DNA of 63,425 bases from an uncultured Gemmatimonadota bacterium (GTDB lineage Bacteria > Blakebacterota > Blakebacteria > Blakebacterales > Blakebacteraceae), in NCBI GenBank assembly GCA_964576115.1, contig CAZNUA010000020.1, positions 1 to 63,425 of the forward strand. The letters are read 5' to 3'. The position numbers and the translations under genes were made by a program. The notes beneath the pieces are model-generated. The model was given only the letters and a program-made list of their open reading frames with translations, was not told where the DNA came from and searched no databases. Below, piece by piece: positions 37,844-47,633 of this stretch. Positions within the stretch are counted from its first letter, which is position 1. Each line of letters starts with the position of its first letter.

Positions 37844-39122
37844 TTCTCTCGTCCCGGAGCGTATCGACCGCCCGCGCTGACTTTCTGCGTTTTCTCCCTC
37901 CTGGCCGGGCGACCTCGGGATCCCTCACGGCTTCGACCCCGGTCATATACCCGCGGCTGAAGAAGACGGTGTGCCGGCCCAGACACCTGATCGTGAAAAC
38001 CCTCTCCCGGAAGAAGACCTGTCTGACGTCCAGCAGGGTCGTCTCCTGTAATCCCCCTTCTTCCCAGCGGAAGCAGACGTCGCCGATCTCGAGCTGGCCG
38101 ATCGTGCCCAGGCTCGTGGCGGTGCGGGCGCTCAGGTCCGGATCGAGAGCGCACCAACCCTTTTTTTTGACCCGGAAGGGATGATCGCAGGTGGCGTACA
38201 GGGTGCCGTCAGAGAAGCGTAGCAGCCGCAGGTGATCGTTGACCGGCGACCAGATCGTCATGACGGTATCGACCACAGGCTCTCCCGTCTCGAGATCGTA
38301 ACTCATCACCCGATCGCCCGGCCGGATATCCTCGACCACCGATTGAGAACCATCGGCCATCAGTATTGGGGTGTCTCCGGCCAGGCACGATGACATATCG
38401 AAATCCTTGAACAGCTGATACAGCGCATAATCACAGCACAGCCCGAGGGCCGTCCCGATGAGAGTCATACCGAAAGACTGAACGCAGCGTACCCGCTTGA
38501 TCTCGGCAAGAGGGATGACGAGATCCTCAGATCTCCGATGCAGGAGAAGACAGAGAAAGCCCTGGTTACCTGGTTCCATGAGTTCCTGAAGCGTGTCACG
38601 GTCGAGGCGGCTGCCGTTCCGGCCCTGAAGGAGCGCAATCTGATCCATCGGGACGAACCCGGGCTGACCCGGATTCCGGTTCAGAATGCAGCACAGCCGC
38701 TGCTCTCCGTCCACCCGGCGGAACCGGAAACCCCCGAAAACACCATCCACCCGATCGCCGGAGGTCGTCATGATCCAGACGGGTTCGGCACGGGAAGGCA
38801 GTCGCATCAGGATCGGTTCCCACTTTTGCGACAGTGACGGAGGAAATCGATCGGGCGGATCCTTCCGCACCGTCAGACCCGAGTACCTCCCCCTGACTAC
38901 CCGGTCATCTCGGCCGGTAACAACGACTTTCTTTCCGACCGGCAGGGCGGTGATTTCCCACTCCCGGCACGGTTCCTCGCTGCTCATCGAGTCGATCGCG
39001 AGCCCGGATCCCAGTCCGATGAGAGTGCATCCAGTGACGCTGACCGAGAGGCCTAGAACGAGCAGGAACAGAAAGAAAGAGGAAGAATATAAGCGTCTTC
39101 CGGGCTGTTCATGGAGGATCAT
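37827..39122 (-). CDS. Putative lipoprotein with C-terminal Hint (intein-like) domain
   Basis: VTGC lipobox; CLAGDTPILMADG block A, TCDHPF block B; block G lacks HN. Confidence 0.8.
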   Translation of the reverse strand: MILHEQPGRRLYSSSFFLFLLVLGLSVSVTGCTLIGLGSGLAIDSMSSEEPCREWEITALPVGKKVVVTGRDDRVVRGRYSGLTVRKDPPDRFPPSLSQKWEPILMRLPSRAEPVWIMTTSGDRVDGVFGGFRFRRVDGEQRLCCILNRNPGQPGFVPMDQIALLQGRNGSRLDRDTLQELMEPGNQGFLCLLLHRRSEDLVIPLAEIKRVRCVQSFGMTLIGTALGLCCDYALYQLFKDFDMSSCLAGDTPILMADGSQSVVEDIRPGDRVMSYDLETGEPVVDTVMTIWSPVNDHLRLLRFSDGTLYATCDHPFRVKKKGWCALDPDLSARTATSLGTIGQLEIGDVCFRWEEGGLQETTLLDVRQVFFRERVFTIRCLGRHTVFFSRGYMTGVEAVRDPEVARPGGRKRRKSARAVDTLRDERITQGR

Positions 39123-39227
39123 GGCAACTCAATCTGATCCCTGAAAGTACAGGGATGTCACGTGATTGTACTGGATAGTTCCGAGAATGCAACCGGATCG
39201 ACTCAGCGACCAACTCGAGGTGCCACG

Positions 39228-39458
39228 CTACTTCACTGATGGTGAGATAAATAAATCCAGGAGATAGGAGAAGTGCACGGCGGTATGCGTATAGCGCACA
39301 CCGGAATCCAATCGTGTCAGGAACAGACTCCGCAAGGAAACACCAAAACTGCTCCGTCTGGTGAATCGCCACTCTTTACCGAACAGCACCTGAACACCGA
39401 GCCCGAGAGACTTATCAGCGTCGATGAATCCTCCGTCTGAACGGACGTCTTCCTTCAC
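39228..39458 (-). pseudogene. Beta-barrel-like fragment, probable split C-terminus of the upstream gene
   Basis: GLGVQVLFGKEW, FGVSL strand patterns; overlaps stop of 39455..40126. Confidence 0.35.
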
Positions 39459-40126
39459 CCTACCGGCAAGCCAATGATGACTACAAAAGAGCCTAGAGTT
39501 GAAGACCTGCTGAAAGCGGCCAGTCCCAGGCCGGCATGGATATGGATGTATCGGCCTGCATGAGCTGTACTCAGTGTTATCGTAGTCGTCCGGCCTTCCT
39601 GAACAGCGATGGCGAGAGCCCGAATGATCCTTCCCGTTCCAAGTTGGTAAAGATCTTCAAGGCTGTTTGCATCACTCTCAACTGTCTGCTCTACCCTGGC
39701 TGTTTCAACATCTACGAGACGTAAATGGAGGGAATACAACTCACCAATCCTGGTTACACTTCCCGTAACCATTTTTTGCACTCCCAGAATCCGACCGACC
39801 TGGAGAACACATTCCTCGGTCGTGCAGGCGCCCGAATATTGAAAGCCCTGCTCTTCAAGAATCGTCACCATACGTTCCCGTTCAACGACGGTGAAAATCG
39901 GCTCCTCAATCATCCGTGCCCGGAGGCGCTCGGTCATGGCCTGAGCATCCCCCCGATCCAGGTTGATCGCACCCAATTCGAGCACTGCAACGTAGACCGG
40001 TTCCTGTCGCAGAAGAGATGGATTCGGGGATGATAATTTCTCTGACAGATTATGAACTTCCTCGCCCTGAATTGGAGCAACCGACAGGACGTGAAGAAGG
40101 CATACCAAGAAAAGGAGTGTTCTCAT
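39455..40126 (-). CDS. CsgG/HfaB-like exported protein
   Basis: Signal peptide; VAVLEL, TVVERERM..ILEEQGFQ.SG.C, VGRILGV, GSVTRIG, LRLVDVET. Confidence 0.75.
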   Translation of the reverse strand: MRTLLFLVCLLHVLSVAPIQGEEVHNLSEKLSSPNPSLLRQEPVYVAVLELGAINLDRGDAQAMTERLRARMIEEPIFTVVERERMVTILEEQGFQYSGACTTEECVLQVGRILGVQKMVTGSVTRIGELYSLHLRLVDVETARVEQTVESDANSLEDLYQLGTGRIIRALAIAVQEGRTTTITLSTAHAGRYIHIHAGLGLAAFSRSSTLGSFVVIIGLPVG

Positions 40127-40213
40127 ACTGAAACCTCTATGTCGAGTGATAGGGACACAATCCTTGAGGATGCACTACTTCGAAGTGAATCCTGTCTCGA
40201 ATCCCCGCCAACA

Positions 40214-40783
40214 CTATCTGCGAACCGTGATTGTCCTGACGCGCTCGCCCGCATCGAGCGGGTAACCGATCACCTCACCTTCCCATCGCACCTCAGAACC
40301 GGTGTATTCGATATGCCCTGTCGCTGTGTGGTTGCGGGTGATCCTGATTCCGGTCGCCTCACCCTCGAGTGGACCGATCAAAACACCCTTGCGGCGTTTC
40401 CATTTCCGGAACGAGCCTTCGATCGAAATAAGAAATCTCTCCTGGTAACTGCTCAGGGGTGTGCTTTCGGTGGTTTCCTCAGAGGGCAGATCCAGTTCGA
40501 TATTCCGCCGGGAGAGAGAATATCCGAACGGCAGGGATTCGCGCTCTTCCTCCCTCCATCCCTGCTGCCACCAGACTCCCCGCTCGAAATCGACCGTGAT
40601 CTCAACTTTACCGCCCGGCCAGAATGAAGCGGGTTTAAAAATAATCTCAAACTCCATGATCCCGGAGATCGTCAGGGAATGCGGCGGGAACAGGCGGTTC
40701 CACAGGCTGTGTCTGCTGTGTAACAGGCTGCATCCGGAAAGAAGGAGCGGCAGAAGCAGAATGAGGTGAAGGGACTTTTTCAT
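40214..40783 (-). CDS. Hypothetical lipoprotein
   Basis: MKK-hydrophobic-LSGC lipobox; no recognised domain. Confidence 0.55.
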   Translation of the reverse strand: MKKSLHLILLLPLLLSGCSLLHSRHSLWNRLFPPHSLTISGIMEFEIIFKPASFWPGGKVEITVDFERGVWWQQGWREEERESLPFGYSLSRRNIELDLPSEETTESTPLSSYQERFLISIEGSFRKWKRRKGVLIGPLEGEATGIRITRNHTATGHIEYTGSEVRWEGEVIGYPLDAGERVRTITVRR

Positions 40784-40906
40784 AGGTAGCACCTGCCCAT
40801 TGCATCGAGGAACAATATCCATCCAGAGACCAGGGCAGATATCAGTGTGAGGGAATAGAGCTATCCTGTCCAGCTATTCAATGTCGGCCTGAGAGAAACC
40901 CCTTAC

Positions 40907-41251
40907 TCACTGACCGAAGGCGTCGACCGCCTCGTCCACCTCCTCATAGACTTTCAGGATCGAATCGAAGCTCACGATATCGAAGACTTTCTGCACAAAG
41001 GGCTGGGCTGCGGCGCAGTAGAGATCGCCCCCCTCGCTGCGCAGGCGGTGCACCAGCCGGATCAGGATACTCAGTCCTCCCGAAGACATGTAGTCCACCC
41101 CCGAGAGATCGAGGACGATCTTCCGGCACTCGCCGAGGTTCTCGATCATGTGGTCATAGGCCGTGGGGGCTTCGACCGCATCGAGCCGACCGTTGAGGTG
41201 GTAGACGCCGATATCGGGATCGAATTCGGAGCGGTTGATCTCAAGAGCCAT
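40907..41251 (-). CDS. STAS domain anti-anti-sigma factor
   Basis: GRLDA, VLDLSGVDYMSSGGL (phosphoacceptor Ser), VQKVFDI. Confidence 0.92.
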   Translation of the reverse strand: MALEINRSEFDPDIGVYHLNGRLDAVEAPTAYDHMIENLGECRKIVLDLSGVDYMSSGGLSILIRLVHRLRSEGGDLYCAAAQPFVQKVFDIVSFDSILKVYEEVDEAVDAFGQ

Positions 41252-41603
41252 CGGTGTTTCCTCCCAGCGCCTGCACTGCTTCGTCAACGGTTTCGTAAAG
41301 GTCGAGCACGGTGTTAAGCATGAGCGTAGTGAAGAGTTGCGTGATTTTCTCGTTCGCAGATGCCAGAGCGAAGCGCCCGCCCGCTTCCAGACATTCGGTC
41401 CGACAACCCATCAGGGTTCCGATTCCTGAAGAGTTGAGCCAGGGCACGTTCGAGAGATCGATGACGATATGATTGAGTCCTTCTGCCAGAACGAGCTGTA
41501 CCGAATGATGGACTTCTTCGTTGAGGCTGCCCTCCATGAGCGCACCCCGTGGGGCGAATACGAAAACATCGCCATGGCGAGTGGTTGGGACCAGTTCTGT
41601 CAT
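41241..41603 (-). CDS. STAS domain anti-anti-sigma factor
   Basis: IDLSNVPWLNSSGIGTL, GGRFALA; overlaps next STAS gene. Confidence 0.9.
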   Translation of the reverse strand: MTELVPTTRHGDVFVFAPRGALMEGSLNEEVHHSVQLVLAEGLNHIVIDLSNVPWLNSSGIGTLMGCRTECLEAGGRFALASANEKITQLFTTLMLNTVLDLYETVDEAVQALGGNTDGS

Positions 41604-41663
41604 CGGACCCTCACCCCCCCTTCTTGACAGTGAAAAGCACCCGCCGATACGATACAAGATGTT

Positions 41664-43574
41664 ATGTCATCAGAACTTGAGCAGGTTCCCGAACCGTCGC
41701 GCCGAATTTACGAGCTGACGGCACTGTACGAGATCAGTCGGATCCTGCTCGCTTCCCCCACTCCCGAACAACTGGCCTTCGATGCCCTGACGGCCTCGAT
41801 GGGGCTGACCGGTTCGCAGTGGGGGATCATGTGGCGGGCCGGAGCCCCACCGGGAACCCTGCATCACCTGCGCAGCTGCGGCCGCCCCGCCCCCGCTGAA
41901 TCTCTCTTTACTCTTCCCCCGGAGTGGGTCGATCTCCTGACCGACCGGCAACAACCGGTTATTCTGGCCGATGGCCCCGAAAGGGCCGGAACCGGAGTCG
42001 CGGCCCGCGGCCGGGAACCTCCGGCTTCGCTGGCCGGAATCGGAGCCGAGATGCTGTTGCCGCTCTCCGAACGCGGCTCCTTTCTCGGGCTGATGGCCCT
42101 GGGCCCCAACCCGCTCGGTCGCGCTCCCGATCCCTTCCTCTCAGATCTGCTCGCTTCAGTAGCGCAACTCATTGCCATCGCGCTCGGTCGACAGAGCCGC
42201 ACTCCCGAAGCCGCTCTCGAACAGGTTCCGCCCACCATCCAGGCCTGGCGTCGACAGTACCCGATCTTAGGTGAGATCGTGGGGGAAAGCCAGTCGGTTC
42301 TCGATCTCTACGAACACCTCACGACGGTGGCTGCTTCCTCCTGTACGGTCCTGCTCGAAGGCGAAACCGGCTGCGGTAAAGAACTGGCGGCTCGGGTCCT
42401 GCACGGCCTCAGCCCTCGCCACGACGGCCCATTTATCGAGGTCGACTGCGGCGCCATACCCGAAAACCTGATCGAATCCGAACTCTTCGGGCACGAGAAG
42501 GGGGCCTTTACCGGCGCCGCCAGCTCACGCCGCGGCGTTTTTGCCCTGGCCGACGGCGGTACCCTCTTTCTCGACGAGGTGGCCAATCTGCCGCTGAAAA
42601 CCCAGAATCGCCTGCTGCGCGTGTTGCAGGAGCGCCGCTTCCGCCCCGTCGGAGGGGAAGAAAGTCTCGATGTCGACGTGCGCGTTGTGGCGGCCTCGAA
42701 CCGGAGTCTGCGCGAAGCGGTGCGCGAGGGCACTTTCCGCGAGGATCTTTTCTACCGGCTCTACGTCTACCCCATCCGGATCCCGCCCCTGCGCGACCGG
42801 CGGGATGACATCCCCGGCCTGATCGCCTTTTACCTGGAAAAATGCGCCCGCGACAACGATCTGCCGGTGCCGCTGCTGCCCGAGGAATTCGTCGAGCATC
42901 TGGTCCAGCACGATTTCCCCGGTAACGTGCGCGAGCTGAGGCATCTGGTCGAACGCTCCCTGCTTCGCTCCACCGGCCGGGAGTATCTGAGCCTGGAAGC
43001 GCTCGAAGAAGCCTTGAGCCGCACTCCGGCTGCAGCTCCCGATCCGACCGAGATCGTTCCCGACGAAGAGATTCCCGAACCGGTGCCTGCGGTCGAAACC
43101 GAACCCGAAACCGTATCCGGGCCGGATGGCACAGTCGAGTGGCCCGGCAGGGCCGGTGTGGAACGCGGCGTCTGGGTAGTGGATGAACTGCGCCGGCAGC
43201 GCTTCAACGTCAAGGCTACCGCCGAACGGCTGACCGCTCTGGCTCACGCCCGACCCGACAATCCGCCTCCCCTGACCGACCGCAGCAGCCTGACCTACTA
43301 CTTCCAGGTCGAATGTTTCCGTCACTACCTCGAACAGGGCGGTAACCTGAACCAGGCAGCGAATGCGATCGTGGGCGACGCGATCCGGTTTACCGATACC
43401 GTGCGCCGGCGCATGGCCGGTTACCTGGACTCGGCCGCCCTTGTCCTGGCCGACTGCAACAGCGAAACCGAAGCCCGCGAGGTGCTGCGCAGCAAGTTCC
43501 TGAAGCTGCCCGAAGATTACCTGACGGTGCTCGATCGCCTGGCCGAGCACCTCTGGGCGCTCAAAGACACGTAA
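41664..43574 (+). CDS. Sigma-54-dependent activator (GAF, AAA+, extended C-terminal HTH region)
   Basis: [50 protein letters not shown]-terminal GAF-like domain. Confidence 0.94.
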   Translation: MSSELEQVPEPSRRIYELTALYEISRILLASPTPEQLAFDALTASMGLTGSQWGIMWRAGAPPGTLHHLRSCGRPAPAESLFTLPPEWVDLLTDRQQPVILADGPERAGTGVAARGREPPASLAGIGAEMLLPLSERGSFLGLMALGPNPLGRAPDPFLSDLLASVAQLIAIALGRQSRTPEAALEQVPPTIQAWRRQYPILGEIVGESQSVLDLYEHLTTVAASSCTVLLEGETGCGKELAARVLHGLSPRHDGPFIEVDCGAIPENLIESELFGHEKGAFTGAASSRRGVFALADGGTLFLDEVANLPLKTQNRLLRVLQERRFRPVGGEESLDVDVRVVAASNRSLREAVREGTFREDLFYRLYVYPIRIPPLRDRRDDIPGLIAFYLEKCARDNDLPVPLLPEEFVEHLVQHDFPGNVRELRHLVERSLLRSTGREYLSLEALEEALSRTPAAAPDPTEIVPDEEIPEPVPAVETEPETVSGPDGTVEWPGRAGVERGVWVVDELRRQRFNVKATAERLTALAHARPDNPPPLTDRSSLTYYFQVECFRHYLEQGGNLNQAANAIVGDAIRFTDTVRRRMAGYLDSAALVLADCNSETEAREVLRSKFLKLPEDYLTVLDRLAEHLWALKDT

Positions 43575-43641
43575 GGTTTACAACGATCCGCCACGGGCGT
43601 CCCTGGTCCCGGGCCGTCCCGCATGCGAGGAGGTTTCCCTG

Positions 43642-44643
43642 GTGTTCCGATCCCGATCCCCGCGATCTGTTGTCGTCGCGTTCGTACTCGCCCTTCTGCT
43701 CATGCCCCTGTTCGCGGGTTGCGGCAGCAGTGATGGACCGAAGGTGATTGATCAGACCGAGATTAAACGGCTCGAAGTCTACGATCCCGCTCTCGACACC
43801 TGGACCACTCTGGCCCCCATGATCACCCCCCGCAGCACTGCCGCGGCAGCCGTAATCGACGGCAAACTCTACGTCGTGGGCGGCCGGGATTCGCGCCGGG
43901 GGGTCGGTGCCATGAAGACCCTCGAGATCTACGATCCCGCTACCAACTCGTGGGCGAGTGGAGCCAACATGCTCACTGCCCGGTGGGGGCCTGCGGCGGT
44001 GGCTTTCAACGGGGAACTGTGGGTCATGGGCGGAGCCCTGACAGCCGACACCTTTTACGATGTGGTCGAGATCTACACTCCCGGTACTGATACGTGGCGT
44101 ACCGGCGAGGCAATGGACGTAGCCCGCTACCGCCCGGCGGTGGGGCTGGTCGACGGCCGGATCTACGTAGCCGGCGGTATGAGCACCGGGGGAACCGACA
44201 TCGACGACTTCGAGATCTGGGATCCGAACTACAACCAGTGGCTGACGACCGACGAGATGCCGGTGGCCCGCGGACAGGCCGCCTACGGTGTGTGGGGTGA
44301 CACCCTCTACGTCGCCGGCGGATTTCGCTGGCTCAGTGACAACCAGAAGACCACTCTCGACCGGTTCGACGCCTATGCCGACGGTCCCCGCTGGATGACC
44401 GGTCTGGCGGCCATGTCCCCGGCCCGGGCCGAAACAGCTTCGGGGATGATCAACGGCAAACTCTACGTCGTGGGCGGCATCACCGAGACAACTACGATCA
44501 CCTTCCACGACCGCCTCGACATCTACGACGTCGCCACCGATTCCTGGACCTCGGGCGCGGCTTCGGACACCCTGCGGGCCGAGGCCGCAGCGGGCGTGAT
44601 CAACGGCAAGCTCTACGTGGTCGGGGGTTACAACGGAGGGTAG
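43642..44643 (+). CDS. Kelch-repeat lipoprotein
   Basis: FAGC lipobox; six GG-containing Kelch blades (GKLYVVGG...YDP...W); AGGAGG RBS. Confidence 0.92.
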   Translation: MFRSRSPRSVVVAFVLALLLMPLFAGCGSSDGPKVIDQTEIKRLEVYDPALDTWTTLAPMITPRSTAAAAVIDGKLYVVGGRDSRRGVGAMKTLEIYDPATNSWASGANMLTARWGPAAVAFNGELWVMGGALTADTFYDVVEIYTPGTDTWRTGEAMDVARYRPAVGLVDGRIYVAGGMSTGGTDIDDFEIWDPNYNQWLTTDEMPVARGQAAYGVWGDTLYVAGGFRWLSDNQKTTLDRFDAYADGPRWMTGLAAMSPARAETASGMINGKLYVVGGITETTTITFHDRLDIYDVATDSWTSGAASDTLRAEAAAGVINGKLYVVGGYNGG

Positions 44644-44764
44644 CCAACAGCAACCAGACGAGCGAACGAGAAGTGCCGGCAGTTTGGCTGCCGTCCACCC
44701 CATCAGACAGAAAGTCGGGAAAGAAAAGACCTGTAAATCCAGAGGCCTGCAAGGAGGCCCACCG

Positions 44765-45766
44765 ATGGCTCACAGCCGACCTGTTCATATCGGACGTGAG
44801 AAGCCGCTCTTCGCCCTGTTCATCCTGCTCTTGATCCTTCCGGGGTGTCCCGATGGCAATCCCCCCGAGAACACCGAAATCAGCCGTCTGGAAGTCTACG
44901 ATCCCGCCCTCGATGAGTGGCAGACAATGACGCACATGGTCGAGCCGCGCAGCACCGCCGCGGCGGCCGTGATCGAGGGCAAACTCTATGTTGTCGGCGG
45001 TCGTGACATGAAGCGCGGCATCGGCTCGATGAACGTGCTCGAAATCTACGATCCCGCCACCGATTCCTGGACACATGGGGCGAACATGCCGACGAAACGA
45101 TGGGGCCCCGCCGCAGTGAACTTCAAAGACGAGCTGTGGGTCATGGGCGGAGCGCTCGCCTTCGATATTTACTACGACATCGTGGAAATCTATAACCCCG
45201 CCACCGATTCCTGGCGTACCGGCGAGGCGATGGACGTAGGCCGCTACAGACCCACGGTCGGGGTCATCAACGGCCGGATTTTCGTGGCTGGCGGCATGAG
45301 TGCCGGGGGAACCGACGTCGACGCCTTCGAGATCTGGGATCCGACCTACAACCAGTGGCTGACGACCGACGATATGCCAGTGGCCCGCGGGCAGGCCGCC
45401 TACGGGGTCTGGGGTGACACCCTCTATGTTGCCGGGGGCTTCCGGTGGCTCAGTGCGACCGAGAAAGAAACTCTCGATCGGTTCGATACCTATAGCGACG
45501 GTATCGGATGGCGGACAGGTCTGGCGGACATGCTGCTGGCCCGTGGTGAGACCGCCTCGGGGATGATCAACGGCAAGCTTTACGTTGTGGGCGGTATCAC
45601 CGAGACCGAAGAGAGTATGGTGTTCCACGACCGGCTCGATATCTATGACGTCGCCACCGATACGTGGACCACAGGCGCGCCGTCGGACACCCTGCGAGCC
45701 GAGGCTGCGGCTGGAGTCATCAATGGCAAGCTCTACGTCGTGGGGGGATATAACAGGAAGTGGTAA
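44765..45766 (+). CDS. Kelch-repeat lipoprotein (tandem paralog)
   Basis: LPGC lipobox; six Kelch blades colinear with the preceding gene; AGGAGG RBS. Confidence 0.92.
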   Translation: MAHSRPVHIGREKPLFALFILLLILPGCPDGNPPENTEISRLEVYDPALDEWQTMTHMVEPRSTAAAAVIEGKLYVVGGRDMKRGIGSMNVLEIYDPATDSWTHGANMPTKRWGPAAVNFKDELWVMGGALAFDIYYDIVEIYNPATDSWRTGEAMDVGRYRPTVGVINGRIFVAGGMSAGGTDVDAFEIWDPTYNQWLTTDDMPVARGQAAYGVWGDTLYVAGGFRWLSATEKETLDRFDTYSDGIGWRTGLADMLLARGETASGMINGKLYVVGGITETEESMVFHDRLDIYDVATDTWTTGAPSDTLRAEAAAGVINGKLYVVGGYNRKW

Positions 45767-45822
45767 AACCCGGGTTCGGGAGATCCCGGGGCGATGGACG
45801 ACAAAGAAAGGACTGACGGGTC

Positions 45823-47487
45823 ATGTCCCAGAGAAGAACCTTTCCTTCTCGCCTGATAGCGGTCGCAGTGGCCGGCATGGCGCTCTCGGCGGGTTTCGCA
45901 GCGGGTCCCCGTTCCCTGAAGGCCCAGGCGGCCGAAGAACAGATGCCCGCCCTATTCACCCGGTCCGAGGCGGGGGTGGTTCTCACCCTGCAGGACGCAG
46001 TGCAGTTGGCGCTGGATGAGTCCTTCGACCTCTACCGCCTGCAGGAAAAGTACCTGCAGTTGAACTACGGTCTGGAGACAGCCCGTCGGAGCCTGCGCAC
46101 CCGGGTGCTATTTTCTTCGATCCTGCCCCGGATCCAGGAGGGCTTCAAGAATTACCTCTACACCGACTTCGCGGGGACAATCAGTCTGAGCCCCTTCGAC
46201 GAGGCTATCCGCCAGGCCGCGGCCGGGATTTCGATCGTCCAGCCTCTGATCACCAACGGCCGGATCAGCCTGAACACCAGGTTGACCGCCTATCAGCGTT
46301 CGATGAAGAAACTGCCCCGCGGCACAACAGCCAACCTGCGTTACGTCATGCCGCGGGTGGCCCTTGAGTACAGCCAACCGCTGTTTCAGTACAATGACGT
46401 CAGGGGCCAGCTCGAGTCGGCCACTCTCGATCTCGAGGCTCTGCAGCTCAGCTACACCGAGGTCGAACTGGCCCGGATCAACGAGATCAGCGAGGCCTTT
46501 TTCCGGCTTTATGCCGCCCAGCATCTTCAGCAGATCGAAGCCGACACATGGCTGCAGCTGCAGCAGGCCCTGGCCGCGACCGAGCGCAAATACGAACTCG
46601 GTATGGTCTCCGAACTCGAAAAACTCGGTCTGGAGGTGGAGTTCCGCAACGCCCGTGACCGGCTCCTGCAGGCCGCCCACGATCTGGAAGCCGAACAACT
46701 GGCGTTCAAGCGGGCGGTCGGGATCGATGTCACCGAATCAATCTGGGTCTCTACACGGGATGACTTCACCCCCATTGCGGTCGAAGTCGATCGCGCAGTC
46801 AGGCTGGCTTTGGAGAACCGCAGTGACGTGCGGCAGGCCCGGATCGAGGTCGAGAAGACCGACCTGGAGATACGCCGGGTGGTGAGTTGGGGGCGGCCCG
46901 ACCTTCAGTTCAACCTGGCCTATGACGTGTCGGGCAACTCCACTATCGGGGAGTCGCTGCTCGGCCGCAGTGATCCATGGGGCGATCATCTCTCGGCCGG
47001 ATTCAAGGGTGACAACTCCCTGGCCAGCACCAACGTGAGCCTGACCCTGAACGTTCCCCTTTTCGACTGGCGCACCAATGATTCCCGGGTCCAGAGGCTC
47101 ATGTCCGAACGCCGGGTTCTCGAACGCGAGACGTTTGAAGCCGAGGCCGAACTGCGTCGGCAGGTACTCGAGCGGATCGACGGACTCGAGAGCGCCATGG
47201 AGCGTACAGGCCTGCAGGCACAGAACCGCACAGCAGCACGGGCCGGCTACGAGATCAGCCTCGAACTCTTCGAGAAAGGAGAGATCACCTACACCGAGAT
47301 GCTGTTCGCGCAGAACCGTTTCCTGCAAACCGAACAGATGTATTCAGCGGCGACGATCGACTACGAAATGGCCAAGGCACGTCTGCGCGAGATTACCCTG
47401 TGGGACTGGGAGACCGGGCAACCGGTGCGGCAGCAGACAACGCCGCCCGAACCCTTCGGACGGCGCCGGGAAACGGGCGGCAGATAG
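45823..47487 (+). CDS. TolC family outer membrane efflux protein
   Basis: LTLQDAVQLAL, YSQPLF, KYELGMVSELE, ALENRSD, LTLNVPLFDW, FEKGEIT. Confidence 0.88.
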   Translation: MSQRRTFPSRLIAVAVAGMALSAGFAAGPRSLKAQAAEEQMPALFTRSEAGVVLTLQDAVQLALDESFDLYRLQEKYLQLNYGLETARRSLRTRVLFSSILPRIQEGFKNYLYTDFAGTISLSPFDEAIRQAAAGISIVQPLITNGRISLNTRLTAYQRSMKKLPRGTTANLRYVMPRVALEYSQPLFQYNDVRGQLESATLDLEALQLSYTEVELARINEISEAFFRLYAAQHLQQIEADTWLQLQQALAATERKYELGMVSELEKLGLEVEFRNARDRLLQAAHDLEAEQLAFKRAVGIDVTESIWVSTRDDFTPIAVEVDRAVRLALENRSDVRQARIEVEKTDLEIRRVVSWGRPDLQFNLAYDVSGNSTIGESLLGRSDPWGDHLSAGFKGDNSLASTNVSLTLNVPLFDWRTNDSRVQRLMSERRVLERETFEAEAELRRQVLERIDGLESAMERTGLQAQNRTAARAGYEISLELFEKGEITYTEMLFAQNRFLQTEQMYSAATIDYEMAKARLREITLWDWETGQPVRQQTTPPEPFGRRRETGGR

Positions 47488-47633
47488 GTGTCCGGACCGG
47501 GCAGAAAAAGTGAGCGGGAGCACCCGGCCGTGACCTGCCTGGCACCCCCGCTCGATATGACCGCACCCTGGTCTCTGGAGGTCGGACCCTGCGTTTCGGG
47601 TTCAGAATCCGCAGGTGACGGTCAGAACCGCTG

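Noticed and set aside
37930-38387. Canonical splicing intein or polymorphic toxin
   Set aside because: No terminal His-Asn plus nucleophile, no endonuclease, no toxin or immunity gene
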